From: Candidatus Neomicrothrix sp. UBA2974
Lineage (GTDB): Bacteria > Actinomycetota > Acidimicrobiia > Acidimicrobiales > MedAcidi-G1
DNA: 64,000 nt
Assembly (NCBI GenBank): GCA_002348705.1
Contig: DEAU01000014.1
Coordinates: 35,699-99,698, forward strand
Reading direction: 5' to 3'
Of this stretch, positions 19,350 through 29,079 are shown piece after piece (the first letter of the stretch is position 1; every line of letters begins with the position of its first letter). Below the pieces are notes generated by a model that was not told where the DNA came from, searched no databases, and saw nothing but the letters and a program-made list of their open reading frames with translations. A program made the position numbers and the translations under genes.

Positions 19350-20795
19350 ATGGAGGCTTCGAACCGCCGCCCGAACATCGTCTTGATCAACTGTGACGAC
19401 CTTGGCTATGGCGACCTGTCGTGTTACGGGTCAATCCAGCACGACACGCCAGCGATTGACCAAATGGCCGCCGAGGGTGTTCGATTCACCGACTTCTACA
19501 CGGCATCGCCGGTCTGCTCGCCATCACGAGCTGCAATGTTGACCGGCAGTTATCCACTGAGGATTGGATTTGGCGGACGCAGAATCGACAACGCCCCTGT
19601 GCTGTTCCCCGGACAGGCTCACGGCCTACATCCGGACGAGATAACCATTGCCCGCCTTCTCCAGGATTCTGGTTACGCCACCCGACTTGTCGGCAAGTGG
19701 CACTGCGGCGACCAACCTGAATTTCTTCCGACCCGCCACGGGTTCGATGGATGGTTCGGATTGCCTTACAGCAACGACATGGGTCGACAGGTCTTTTCGG
19801 AAGTTGAACAGTCCTACAGCGAGATCATGACTGCCCTCGGGACACCACTTCCAGACGACGCGCCGATGCTAAGCGAACGACCGCCACTACCGCTGATGAT
19901 GGACGACGAGGTGATTTCTGAACAGCCCGACCAGGCAATCCTGACCGAGCGCTATACGAACGATGCCGTCCAGTTCCTTCGCGACCACCGAAACCAGCCC
20001 TTCTTCCTGTACCTAGCGCACATGTACGTTCATTTGCCGATCTACGTCCAGTCCCAGTTTCTCAACAAGTCGCGTAACGGTCGATATGGAGCAGCCGTCC
20101 ACTGCATCGACTGGTCGACTGGCCTGATAATGCGGGAGTTGATCGATCTCGGACTAGATGGCCACACCGTGGTGGTCTTCACAAGCGACAACGGCGCCTT
20201 GACCAGAGAAGGTGGCGGGAGTAATGGGGCTCTACGGGCGTCAAAGGGGACCACATGGGAGGGCGGCCAGCGGGTGCCATGCATAATCCGTTGGCCCGAC
20301 AGGATCCCCGGCGGTCAAGTGCTTGCCACTGTTACAAACGCCATGGACCTCTACCCGACCCTCGCAACCTGGGGCGGTGTGGACGTGCCTACCGACCGAA
20401 CTCTCGACGGAAGGGACCTCGGTCCGCTTCTAGAGTCCGGCTGCCCACCGGACGAGCAGCCGTTCTTGTACATCCTTGGCGGAAACATCGAGGCCGTTCG
20501 ACTGGGCCGCTGGAAGCTACACGTTCGCAAATGGAACTCGGAACAAATCAGACTCTACGACTTGGTGGCTGACGTCGGCGAGCGTTACGACCTGGCTGGA
20601 GATTGCCCCGATGTGGTTGGCCAACTTCTGTCTATCGTCGAGGCAGCTCGAGCTGAACTCGGTGACGATGCGACAGATATCGCCGGCTCCGCTGTTCGCC
20701 CCGTAGGCCAAGTGATGGATCCGACCACGCTGACGACCTATGACGAGAACACCCCCTACTTCATGGCCGAATACGATCTCGCCGACCGGGGCTAA
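19350..20795 (+). CDS. arylsulfatase (Cys-type, S1 family)
   Basis: ORF track 19302..20795. ATG 19350 gives MEASNRRPNIVLINCDDLGYGDL. Formylglycine motif CSPSRAAMLTG. TSDNG and GKWH motifs. No signal peptide. Confidence 0.9.
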   Translation: MEASNRRPNIVLINCDDLGYGDLSCYGSIQHDTPAIDQMAAEGVRFTDFYTASPVCSPSRAAMLTGSYPLRIGFGGRRIDNAPVLFPGQAHGLHPDEITIARLLQDSGYATRLVGKWHCGDQPEFLPTRHGFDGWFGLPYSNDMGRQVFSEVEQSYSEIMTALGTPLPDDAPMLSERPPLPLMMDDEVISEQPDQAILTERYTNDAVQFLRDHRNQPFFLYLAHMYVHLPIYVQSQFLNKSRNGRYGAAVHCIDWSTGLIMRELIDLGLDGHTVVVFTSDNGALTREGGGSNGALRASKGTTWEGGQRVPCIIRWPDRIPGGQVLATVTNAMDLYPTLATWGGVDVPTDRTLDGRDLGPLLESGCPPDEQPFLYILGGNIEAVRLGRWKLHVRKWNSEQIRLYDLVADVGERYDLAGDCPDVVGQLLSIVEAARAELGDDATDIAGSAVRPVGQVMDPTTLTTYDENTPYFMAEYDLADRG

Positions 20796-20822
20796 GTAAC
20801 GCCGTTAACAGACCATCAGGAA

Positions 20823-21608
20823 GTGGTCAGAGAGGAAATACCCGTGACCGTCGCCATGATTCATGGCAATCCTGAGACGGACGCCATCTGGCGACAGTTG
20901 GTGTCTGAATTGACCGGTCGGGGTGTCAACGACGTGGTCCTCCTGTCTCCACCTGGTTTCGGTGCCCCTATTCCAGAGAACTGGACTGCCACCAGGCAGG
21001 CTTACCGTGACTGGTTGATCCGGGAGGTGGAGAGCCTTACTACGGGCGGTCCTGTCGACCTGGTTGGCCACGACTGGGGCGCAGGCCACGTTTTCGGACT
21101 TCTCGAGACTCGCCCTGACCTCATTCGGTCCTGGGCGTGCGATGTGGTCGGGCTCCTGCACCCTGATTATGTCTGGCATGATGCTGCCCAAGTCTGGCAG
21201 TCCCCAGGCCTCGGCGAGCAGGCCGTAGCCATGATGACCGAACTCACCATGGCTGAGCGAAAGGTCGTGTTCCAGGATCTCGGCATGCAAGAGGACGCGG
21301 CAGTAGCCACCGCAGAATCCCTTGATGACATGCTGAGTTGTGTTCTCCCGCTGTACCGGTCTGCCAAACAGCCTGTCTGTGCCGAGTTGGGTACCCGATT
21401 GGCCGAGGCCAGTGCATCATCCAGGCGGCCCTCCGGCCTAGCGCTGAACCCCACAGAAGATCCGTACGTTGGACATGGAGCCGAGGCAGCAGCACTACTG
21501 ATGGCCGAGCACGCTCCAATGTATGGCGCCGGGCATTGGTGGATGACCGAACGGCCAGAGGAGGCGGCGGACATCCTCGTCGAATTCTGGAATTCGCTCC
21601 GCAACTGA
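20823..21608 (+). CDS. alpha/beta hydrolase (Asp-nucleophile HDWG type, epoxide hydrolase/dehalogenase-like)
   Basis: 261 aa. MIHGNPET, GHDWGAGH nucleophile elbow, C-terminal GHWWMTERPEE. The start may be GTG 20844. Confidence 0.75.
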   Translation: MVREEIPVTVAMIHGNPETDAIWRQLVSELTGRGVNDVVLLSPPGFGAPIPENWTATRQAYRDWLIREVESLTTGGPVDLVGHDWGAGHVFGLLETRPDLIRSWACDVVGLLHPDYVWHDAAQVWQSPGLGEQAVAMMTELTMAERKVVFQDLGMQEDAAVATAESLDDMLSCVLPLYRSAKQPVCAELGTRLAEASASSRRPSGLALNPTEDPYVGHGAEAAALLMAEHAPMYGAGHWWMTERPEEAADILVEFWNSLRN

Positions 21609-21728
21609 TCATTTTCCCGGACTCACCGAAAGGGAGCCGATGTGCGTCCCGCCGCGCGCGCATTGGCTCCTTGCGTTGCCGGAGGTGATGATGGGTGGTA
21701 ACCGGTCGACGAATGGAGCCCACCGACC

Positions 21729-22811
21729 ATGCATGGACTGATCCAGGAAGATAACGGAGAGGAACACGTCCGACTCTCAACCGAACTAGAGCACGCCGCC
21801 GCCCTTGAACCCCGTCAGGTCCGTATTCAAATCATGGCTGCGGGTGTGTGCGGCAGTGACTTGAGTTGCGTGCACGGCAAGTACTACATGCCCACTCCGC
21901 TGGTTCCCGGTCACGAAGCAGCCGGTGTGGTGATTGAAGTCGGCTCGGCTGTGACCTACTGCACATTGGGCGATCATGTCGTACTGTCGACGTTCGGCAA
22001 TTGCGGGCACTGTCCAGTCTGCGAAGGCGGCAGCCCTGGAAACTGTGGCTTTGGCGGTCTGCGGTACACCCATGTCGAGGGCGAACAGCAGCTTTGGGGG
22101 TTTGCCAACCTCGGCGCTTTTGCCCAAGAGACAATCGTCCACGAAAATCAGGCCGTACCCATACCGAATGAAGTCCCGCTGTCTTCGGCCGCCCTGATCG
22201 GCTGTGGCGTCATGACCGGAGCCGGTGCAGTGTTTAACCGGGCAAGAGTCGGCGTCGGCGACACCTGCGCTGTGATCGGAGCTGGAGGCGTTGGTCTCAA
22301 CGTCATTCAGGCAGCGTCGCTGAGTGGCGCCAGTCAGATTGTCGTCGTGGACCGTGTTGCCTCAAAGGAGCGGATGGCCCTCGAGTTCGGAGCGACGGAC
22401 TTCGTTCTTGTCGACAGCGAGAGCTTTGACTCCGTAGCTGCCGTTCAAGAGCTCTCCGGGGGCGGTGTCGATCATGCATTCGAAGTCGTTGGTAGCACCG
22501 AACTGTTGGCCAACTGCCTGCCCATGACCAAGGCTGGTGGCAACATATGTGCTGTCGGTGTCCCTGACCTCACGGCGACTGTTACCTACCCTTTCCAAGC
22601 TCTCCACCAGAACAAGAACCTGCTGGGTATTCGCGCTGGAGGCGGTAAGCCTCGACGTGACTTCCGACTTATCGCTGACCTGTACTTGAAGGGCCGGTTC
22701 AAGCTCGACGAGTTGGTTTCCCAGACTGCGGGACTCGATGGACTTCAGGGCGCCTTCGACTCGCTGAAGGCTGGCGCCGAGGCGCGTACTGTGCTCCTTC
22801 CTAACGGCTGA
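21729..22811 (+). CDS. zinc-dependent alcohol dehydrogenase (MDR family)
   Basis: 360 aa. CGSDL, GHEAAGVV, structural-zinc CGHCPVCEGG..C, GAGGVGLN Rossmann motif. Confidence 0.88.
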   Translation: MHGLIQEDNGEEHVRLSTELEHAAALEPRQVRIQIMAAGVCGSDLSCVHGKYYMPTPLVPGHEAAGVVIEVGSAVTYCTLGDHVVLSTFGNCGHCPVCEGGSPGNCGFGGLRYTHVEGEQQLWGFANLGAFAQETIVHENQAVPIPNEVPLSSAALIGCGVMTGAGAVFNRARVGVGDTCAVIGAGGVGLNVIQAASLSGASQIVVVDRVASKERMALEFGATDFVLVDSESFDSVAAVQELSGGGVDHAFEVVGSTELLANCLPMTKAGGNICAVGVPDLTATVTYPFQALHQNKNLLGIRAGGGKPRRDFRLIADLYLKGRFKLDELVSQTAGLDGLQGAFDSLKAGAEARTVLLPNG

Positions 22812-22863
22812 GTCGCCGATAGCCCGCCTGACGACCGACCCCCTTGACACACTGGAGAATCCC

Positions 22864-23643
22864 ATGCCCCGCATCGACCTTACGGACAGTTCCTCTCTCG
22901 TAACTGGAGGAGCGTCCGGAATTGGCGAGGCCAGCGCTCGCCAGTTGGCTGCCGCCGGCAGCCGCGTCATCATCGCCGACCTGAACGAAGACCGTGGTCA
23001 GGCCATCGCCTCGGAACTGGGCGGCCTGTTTGTGAGATGCGACGTGACCAGCACCGAGGACGCAGACACGGCCGTCGCTGCCGCGTCAGAGATGGGTCCA
23101 GTGCGGGTGCTCGTCAACTCTGCCGGACTCGGTCACCCTGGCCGGACTATCAGCCGCGACAACGAGCCGATGGATCTCGCTCTCTTCGAGTTTGTCGTTC
23201 GGGTCAACCTGATCGGTTCGTTCAACTTGTTGAGCCGGGCCGCCGCAGAGATGGCGAAGACCGAGCCGATGGACGTTGACGGTCAACGGGGTGTCGTGGT
23301 CAACATGGCTTCAGTGGCTGCCTTTGATGGCCAGATCGGCCAAGCTGCCTACTCGGCATCCAAGGGCGGCATCGTCGGCATGACGCTGCCCATAGCCCGT
23401 GACCTCGCCGCTGTTGGCGTTCGAGTAAACACGATCGCCCCAGGTCTCATCGACACGCCGATATACGGCGAGGGAGAGCAGAGCGAGGCTTTCAAGGCGC
23501 ACCTTGGACAGTCGGTGCTCCACCCAAAGCGCCTAGGTTCGGGCGAGGAACTGGCCTTCATGGTCATGGAACTGGTGACCAATCCGTACATGAACGGCGA
23601 GGTTGTTCGAGTCGACGGTGGCATTCGAATGCCACCCAAGTAG
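22864..23643 (+). CDS. short-chain dehydrogenase/reductase (3-hydroxyacyl-CoA dehydrogenase type-2-like)
   Basis: 259 aa. TGGASGIGEA, NSAG, YSASKGG catalytic motif. Confidence 0.85.
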   Translation: MPRIDLTDSSSLVTGGASGIGEASARQLAAAGSRVIIADLNEDRGQAIASELGGLFVRCDVTSTEDADTAVAAASEMGPVRVLVNSAGLGHPGRTISRDNEPMDLALFEFVVRVNLIGSFNLLSRAAAEMAKTEPMDVDGQRGVVVNMASVAAFDGQIGQAAYSASKGGIVGMTLPIARDLAAVGVRVNTIAPGLIDTPIYGEGEQSEAFKAHLGQSVLHPKRLGSGEELAFMVMELVTNPYMNGEVVRVDGGIRMPPK

Positions 23644-23683
23644 TTGGCGCCCAGAGCCGGCCCAAAAGCGAGAGGACCTTACG

Positions 23684-24448
23684 ATGAGTGACGAGACCAA
23701 ACCCGCTGTTCTGACTGAGCTCCGGGACCGCGTTTTGATCATTACCCTGAACCGTCCAGAGGCTATGAACGCCATCAACGGCGACCTATCTCGGGGGCTG
23801 TGGAGCGCCGTGGGTGAACTCAACGACGACTCGTCCTTGACCGCCGGAGTGCTAACTGGAGCTGGGAAAGGCTTCTGTTCCGGCATGGACCTGAAGGCTT
23901 TCTCTCGCGGCGAAGACATTGGCCCAATGCTGGAGTTCGTCAGCAATGGAGCGGAGAAGCCGTTAATCGCCGCTATCGAGGGCTTTGCTCTCGCCGGCGG
24001 ATTGGAATTGGCACTGGCGTGCGACCTACTGGTGGCTGCTCGGGGCGCCAAATTAGGGATACCGGAGGTCGGTGTCGGCCTGTTCGCCGCCGGCGCAGGC
24101 CTGTTCCGCCTTCCCAGCCGAGTGGGCTATGCCACAGCTATGGAGATGGCCGTCACCGGCGATCCAATCTCCTCAGAGGAGGCGGCCGACAAGGGCCTCG
24201 TCTCGCGTCTCACCGCCGAGGGAGAGGCACTCAGCGAAGCCATCGCCCTAGCAGAACGCATCGCGCGCAATGCCCCACTGGCCGTAGCCGCCTCCAAGGC
24301 GCTTGTACGAGCCACGCAGGGTGCCACCGAGCAGGAGCTCTGGGAGGCCCAGAAACCGTTCATGAAGTCGGTGTGGGGATCGAGCGACGCCAAAGAAGGG
24401 CCCCGGGCTTTCGCAGAGAAACGGCCCCCCGAGTGGACCGGGACCTGA
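23684..24448 (+). CDS. enoyl-CoA hydratase/isomerase (crotonase) family protein
   Basis: ORF track 23603..24448. ATG 23684 is preceded by AGAGGA. ITLNRPEAMNAI, GKGFCSGMDL, AAIEGFALAGGLELALACD. Confidence 0.88.
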   Translation: MSDETKPAVLTELRDRVLIITLNRPEAMNAINGDLSRGLWSAVGELNDDSSLTAGVLTGAGKGFCSGMDLKAFSRGEDIGPMLEFVSNGAEKPLIAAIEGFALAGGLELALACDLLVAARGAKLGIPEVGVGLFAAGAGLFRLPSRVGYATAMEMAVTGDPISSEEAADKGLVSRLTAEGEALSEAIALAERIARNAPLAVAASKALVRATQGATEQELWEAQKPFMKSVWGSSDAKEGPRAFAEKRPPEWTGT

Positions 24449-24502
24449 ATCCAATGCTTTATCTGGTGCCCTAAGTCAGACTGGCCTCATCAGGAGACTG
24501 GT

Positions 24503-25336
24503 TCAGGCACTGGTGTCTGCGCCAGGGAGCAGCATGGCCAGCTGGCGGGACCGGGCCACCAGAGTCCCCTTACTGTCCCAAAGCCAACCATCTTCGACGA
24601 GTCGCCCGTCATGAAGGTCTTCGGTGACGAACCTTCCCATCATCCATCCTTCGGCCGGTCGGCGGCGCACGTGCACAGTCAACTCGATCGTAGGCACCCA
24701 GCCGACGCGGCCAAGGCGAGTGAAGATCGACGGTGCGAACGCATCGGAGAACATGACTGCCGCCAAGGTGTCTGGTCGTCGCTGGTCGGCAAAACGGATC
24801 CAAGCCTGCATCTCGGCGTCTTTCGACGCACCGGCGATCGACATGTCCGGTCGGATCCGGAGGTCGACCCGTTCGGCGATGAACAATGTGACGCCTTGCT
24901 CCAAGCCACTGCGTGCCACGCAGTCATCAAGCGGCGGCATGTCGTCCGGTGGGGCGATTGTCAGGTCAACGTCGTGGCCTGAGGTGCCCGAAAGGTCGCC
25001 CATGGCCGCAATCACCTCGATGCGGGCCTTTCCTTCTTGAACCAGCGTGGCGCGTCCAGTAGTCACCGATCGCCCCGAACGCACGATGGAGGCATGCACC
25101 TCACCTGGCTGGTTTCCCAGCCCGGGGCGCAGGAAATGCGTGGTGACTGAGACGGGATCTTGGTGGCCGCCGAGGTGACGAAGTGCCCGCAGGGCTATGG
25201 ACGTCAGATAGCCCCCGTTCGGGTTGTCGCCGATGTTCCAACGGTCACTCACGTGGGCCGAAAACCGACCGTCTTCGAGTAGCTCTACAGCCGTCTCGGC
25301 GTCGTACTGACTGAGTGGCTCAGTCGTCTCAGTCAT
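24503..25336 (-). CDS. acyl-CoA thioesterase (TesB-like double hotdog)
   Basis: 277 aa. NPNGGYLTSIALRAL pattern. 4-nt overlap with the upstream M20 gene. Confidence 0.7.
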   Translation of the reverse strand: MTETTEPLSQYDAETAVELLEDGRFSAHVSDRWNIGDNPNGGYLTSIALRALRHLGGHQDPVSVTTHFLRPGLGNQPGEVHASIVRSGRSVTTGRATLVQEGKARIEVIAAMGDLSGTSGHDVDLTIAPPDDMPPLDDCVARSGLEQGVTLFIAERVDLRIRPDMSIAGASKDAEMQAWIRFADQRRPDTLAAVMFSDAFAPSIFTRLGRVGWVPTIELTVHVRRRPAEGWMMGRFVTEDLHDGRLVEDGWLWDSKGTLVARSRQLAMLLPGADTSA

Positions 25337-26679
25337 CTCAGGAAATCCTCGCAGACGTCGAGGTAAAAATCAGTGGTTAGGCGTAGTGATTCCACATCGA
25401 TCCTCTCATCGTGGCCATGGAAGCGCCGACCGAATTCACCTGCGCTGATTGTTGGACTGAGCAGACCGGCACCGTAGGCAACCGAGCCCTTTTCGCGGTA
25501 GATCCGAGCGTCAGTAAAGCCAACGATGAACTGCGGGTTCAGCCGGGCCGTGGGGAATGGCTTGGTGACACAGCGTTCTAGGGAGTCCCACAGCCTCGTA
25601 TCGACACGACTGGACGAGGCATCGTCGTCCATCAACATCTCGACCTCCACCTCATCGGCCAAATCTCCAAGTGCTTCGCGTAGGTGTATGGCTACCTCCT
25701 CGGCGTGATCGCCCGGCATAGTCCGGACGTCGAGGTCGATCGAGACACGGTCAGGAATGACATTCGTCTTACCGCGACCATCGACGACGTTGGGCGAAAA
25801 TGTGGAATGCGTACACGAGTGCAAATGGGCGGCTACGCCATCCACCGACTGGTCGCGCGGTAGAGACTCGAGGTAATCGTCGACACGGTCCTCGTCTAAA
25901 AGTTGCGCTCGTGTTTCTTCAGCTAGGTCCATGGAGTCGACCTGTGTCCGCCAAAGCTCGTGGAATCGGGCCGCCGGGCGATATTCGGCGAAACGCTGGA
26001 TAACTGCCGCTGCCTTCACCAGTGCGTTATCAGTCCGGTAAGGCATCGAACCGTGGCCAGGGGTGCCGCGAACGGTGAGTCGACGCCAGGCCACGCCCTT
26101 TTCAGCCACGTTCACGCCAATGACGGGAGCCTCCGCAGTTCCGGAGTGCAGACCACCGTTCTCGGTCAAGACGTAGTCGGCGGCGATGGCGTCCCACGCG
26201 TGGTCAGCCATCCACCGGGCACCGTGTGCACTTCCCGACTCCTCGTCCGCCACGGCGAAGAAGACCAAGTCACCGCGGGGTCGGAATCCTCGGTCGGCCA
26301 GAATCCGAAGCGTCACGGCTTGGGAGGCGACCAAGTTGAGCATGTCGACCGCACCTCGTCCCCATACCTCACCGTTGACAAGCTCACCGCCGAATGGGTC
26401 ACGGCTCCAACCGTCGGGGCTTACCGGAACCACGTCCGTGTGGCCCATGAGGCATAGAGAGGGCGCTTTTGGATCAGAGCCTTCAATCCGGGCCACCAGC
26501 GATATTCGCCTAGGGGTCGGTTCGAAGCGTTCGATTTCGAGGCCTACGCCCTCGAGGTAGGTCTGCAGAAGGTCGGCGTTGCGGACCTCATAGCCGGATT
26601 CGGCAGTGCCGTCGTTGACACAGCCGTTGCGAATGAGCGCTTGAAGTAGATCGATGACCTCGTCAGTGTGGCCGGTCAC
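25333..26679 (-). CDS. M20-family metallopeptidase/amidohydrolase (ArgE/DapE/ACY1/CPG2-like)
   Basis: 448 aa. LMGHTDVVPV, FFAVADEESGS, GTPGHGS motifs. 4-nt overlaps on both sides. Confidence 0.85.
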   Translation of the reverse strand: MTGHTDEVIDLLQALIRNGCVNDGTAESGYEVRNADLLQTYLEGVGLEIERFEPTPRRISLVARIEGSDPKAPSLCLMGHTDVVPVSPDGWSRDPFGGELVNGEVWGRGAVDMLNLVASQAVTLRILADRGFRPRGDLVFFAVADEESGSAHGARWMADHAWDAIAADYVLTENGGLHSGTAEAPVIGVNVAEKGVAWRRLTVRGTPGHGSMPYRTDNALVKAAAVIQRFAEYRPAARFHELWRTQVDSMDLAEETRAQLLDEDRVDDYLESLPRDQSVDGVAAHLHSCTHSTFSPNVVDGRGKTNVIPDRVSIDLDVRTMPGDHAEEVAIHLREALGDLADEVEVEMLMDDDASSSRVDTRLWDSLERCVTKPFPTARLNPQFIVGFTDARIYREKGSVAYGAGLLSPTISAGEFGRRFHGHDERIDVESLRLTTDFYLDVCEDFLR

Positions 26680-29006
26680 TGCATCCGCTCCGCAGCGGCA
26701 ACCTCGATAGCTGCCTCCTCGTCGGCCCGGAATGCTGGGGCGGTGTCCACCTCGACCCGATTGATCCGACCCGAAAATTGGTATGGGGCCGTGTAGGCGT
26801 CACTTACCCCGGTTGGGTTGCGCCCAATGTCTAGGCCCACAGGTGAAATCATGACCGGCACCACCGGGACCGCAGCCTCTGCTACCACTACCCCGTCCAC
26901 CAGTAGCCGTGCCCGGCCGGGACCGCCCTTGACACGCTGCTGGTGAACAGCAAGAACGGTGGCACCTCCCGGGACTGGCTCCGGCGAACATATGACCGTG
27001 TGGTCGGCATAGGCGTTGTGGTCATAGACGAGGTGGCCAGCATCGTCGACGTACGCCACAAGGCCATTGTTGACCGTTCCGAACGCCAACAGGACGCCGT
27101 TCTCATCGCCGTTCGGCCGGTCTACGTGAAACGAGGCCTCCCAGTTCCGCGAGCCCAGGGCTGGTGCGGCGTCAGGCGGCACGCGAGGTGTGGGTGGCAA
27201 ATAGACAAAGCTGTCCCGGTTCCGAGGTGTCCCAGATGTGGCGTGTCCGCTGAACAGTCCTCCTGCCGCCGGACCCGACAGATTTCCTGCCCGATCCATG
27301 ATGGGAAGGACTCCATAGCGGTCTGCCTCATCCCAGAACAGGTCAACCATGGCGGCGAGCCGCTCCGGTTCCACTTTGGCAAGGTCGTGGCACTCGGAAA
27401 AGTCCTCGTTCAGATGGTACAACTCCCAGACGTCGTCTTCGAGGTCGGTCCCATACTGGTGGAAGGCCACCGCCTTCCAACCGTCCGCCCAGATTCCTCG
27501 ATGGCCTTGCATTTCGAAGTACTGCCGGCCTTTACGGCTCGGCACGGCCGTTGCATCGATGGCTGCCGGGGAGAAGGTATAAGCGAGGCTTATCCCCTCG
27601 ATGGCCTTTTGCTCGACTCCGTTGATCGACACTGGTGCTGCCACGTCAAGTAACTCCAGCATCGTCGGGGCGATATCCACCACATGGTGGAACTGGGTGC
27701 GTACCTGCCCATTGACCGCCGGATCGATCCCGCCCGGCCACGAGATGATGAGCGGGTCGCGCACTCCTCCGGAATGAGTGTTCTGCTTGTATCGCTTGCC
27801 CGGCGAGTTGCCGACTTGCGCCCAGCCCCACGGGTAGTTGGTGTTGCTGGTCCGGGTTCCGATATCGTCAAGTCGGGCCACGGCTTCGTCAACTGGCTGA
27901 TCTACGCCGTTGAAGTGCCGGAATGTGTCGAGAATTCCGCTGGCTCGGCCTTCTTGGGAGGCCCCGTTGTCACTCAGGGCTACCACGATCGTGTCGTTGT
28001 TCAAGCCAAGCTCGGCGATTGCGTCTAACAGTCGACCAACTTGAGTGTCGGTATGGTCGAGCATGGCAGCGAAGGCCTCCTGCAATCGGCACGCCAGCGC
28101 CTTTTCGTTGACTGATAAGTCGGTCCACGCCTCCACCCCGGGATTGCGAGGCGCCAAGTCAGTGCCTGGCGGAATGATTCCCATCGCAAGTTGGTTCTCA
28201 TAGACCCGGTTGCGAGCAACGTCCCAGCCCTCGTCAAACCGGCCCCGCCACTTCTCTAGGTAGGCGTCTGGCGCTTGGTGGGGCGCGTGGGTCGCTCCGA
28301 AGGCGAGGTACAGGAAGAACGGGCGCTCGGGGACCATTGTGTGCTGGGTCCGAATAAGGTCGATGGATCGGTCCACCAGATCCTCCGAGACGTGATAACC
28401 CTCTTCTGGTGTGCGGGGCTGATCCACGAGCCGGTTGTCCTCGTAGAGCTCCGGATGGAACTGATCTGTTTCCCCCTGCATGAAGCCGTAGTACCGGTCA
28501 AAACCCCGCTGGAGCGGCCAGTCACCAAAGGGGCCAACGGCCGAAGCTTCTCGCATCGGGGTGAGGTGCCACTTTCCGATCGCCCAGGTGGCGAAGCCCC
28601 TCTCGCGGAGCACTTCGGCCATGGTCCCAGCTGACCTGGCGATCCGACCTCGCATGTTCGGGTAGCCGGTGTCGAAGTTGGACAAAGCTCGCATCCCGAC
28701 AGAGTGATGGTTGCGGCCAGTTAGCAGGCACGCCCGAGTCGGCGAACACAGCGCCGTGGTATGGAAGTTTGTGTAACGCAGTCCCCGAGAGGCGAGGCGG
28801 TCATAGTTCGGAGTGTCGACGAGGCCGCCATAGCAACCGAGGTGGGCGAATCCGGTGTCGTCGAGGAGGATCACCACCACGTTCGGTGTCCCGGACTCCG
28901 GTAGGAGTGGTTCGGGCCACCACGGTGTGGATTCGCTTGTCGTGCGACCGATGATCTGGTCGGCTTCCGTCTTGGGCAACTGGGTCATGTCCCGAGCGTG
29001 GCTCAA
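26676..29006 (-). CDS. large arylsulfatase (AtsA-like, Cys-type) with ~250-aa C-terminal extension
   Basis: 776 aa. VVILLDDTGFAHLGCYG, CSPTRACLLTGRNHH, GKWHL, SDNGAS. No signal peptide. Paralog of 61119..63407. Confidence 0.9.
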   Translation of the reverse strand: MSHARDMTQLPKTEADQIIGRTTSESTPWWPEPLLPESGTPNVVVILLDDTGFAHLGCYGGLVDTPNYDRLASRGLRYTNFHTTALCSPTRACLLTGRNHHSVGMRALSNFDTGYPNMRGRIARSAGTMAEVLRERGFATWAIGKWHLTPMREASAVGPFGDWPLQRGFDRYYGFMQGETDQFHPELYEDNRLVDQPRTPEEGYHVSEDLVDRSIDLIRTQHTMVPERPFFLYLAFGATHAPHQAPDAYLEKWRGRFDEGWDVARNRVYENQLAMGIIPPGTDLAPRNPGVEAWTDLSVNEKALACRLQEAFAAMLDHTDTQVGRLLDAIAELGLNNDTIVVALSDNGASQEGRASGILDTFRHFNGVDQPVDEAVARLDDIGTRTSNTNYPWGWAQVGNSPGKRYKQNTHSGGVRDPLIISWPGGIDPAVNGQVRTQFHHVVDIAPTMLELLDVAAPVSINGVEQKAIEGISLAYTFSPAAIDATAVPSRKGRQYFEMQGHRGIWADGWKAVAFHQYGTDLEDDVWELYHLNEDFSECHDLAKVEPERLAAMVDLFWDEADRYGVLPIMDRAGNLSGPAAGGLFSGHATSGTPRNRDSFVYLPPTPRVPPDAAPALGSRNWEASFHVDRPNGDENGVLLAFGTVNNGLVAYVDDAGHLVYDHNAYADHTVICSPEPVPGGATVLAVHQQRVKGGPGRARLLVDGVVVAEAAVPVVPVMISPVGLDIGRNPTGVSDAYTAPYQFSGRINRVEVDTAPAFRADEEAAIEVAAAERMQ

Positions 29007-29079
29007 ATCCTGGTCGGGAGCGTCACTGGGCTAGTAGCGCTAAGGACGGTCGTGAGGGCCCGATTGCGGCGACTCCCGG

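Noticed and set aside
25344-25359. 16-nt exact repeat AATCCTCGCAGACGTC, also at 33124..33139. On the minus strand both copies lie 6-7 nt upstream of an ATG start (thioesterase and PhzF-like genes).
   Set aside because: Roughly one chance 16-mer match is expected in a 64-kb window counting both strands. One copy is simply the C-terminal coding sequence of the M20 gene. No further copies were seen.
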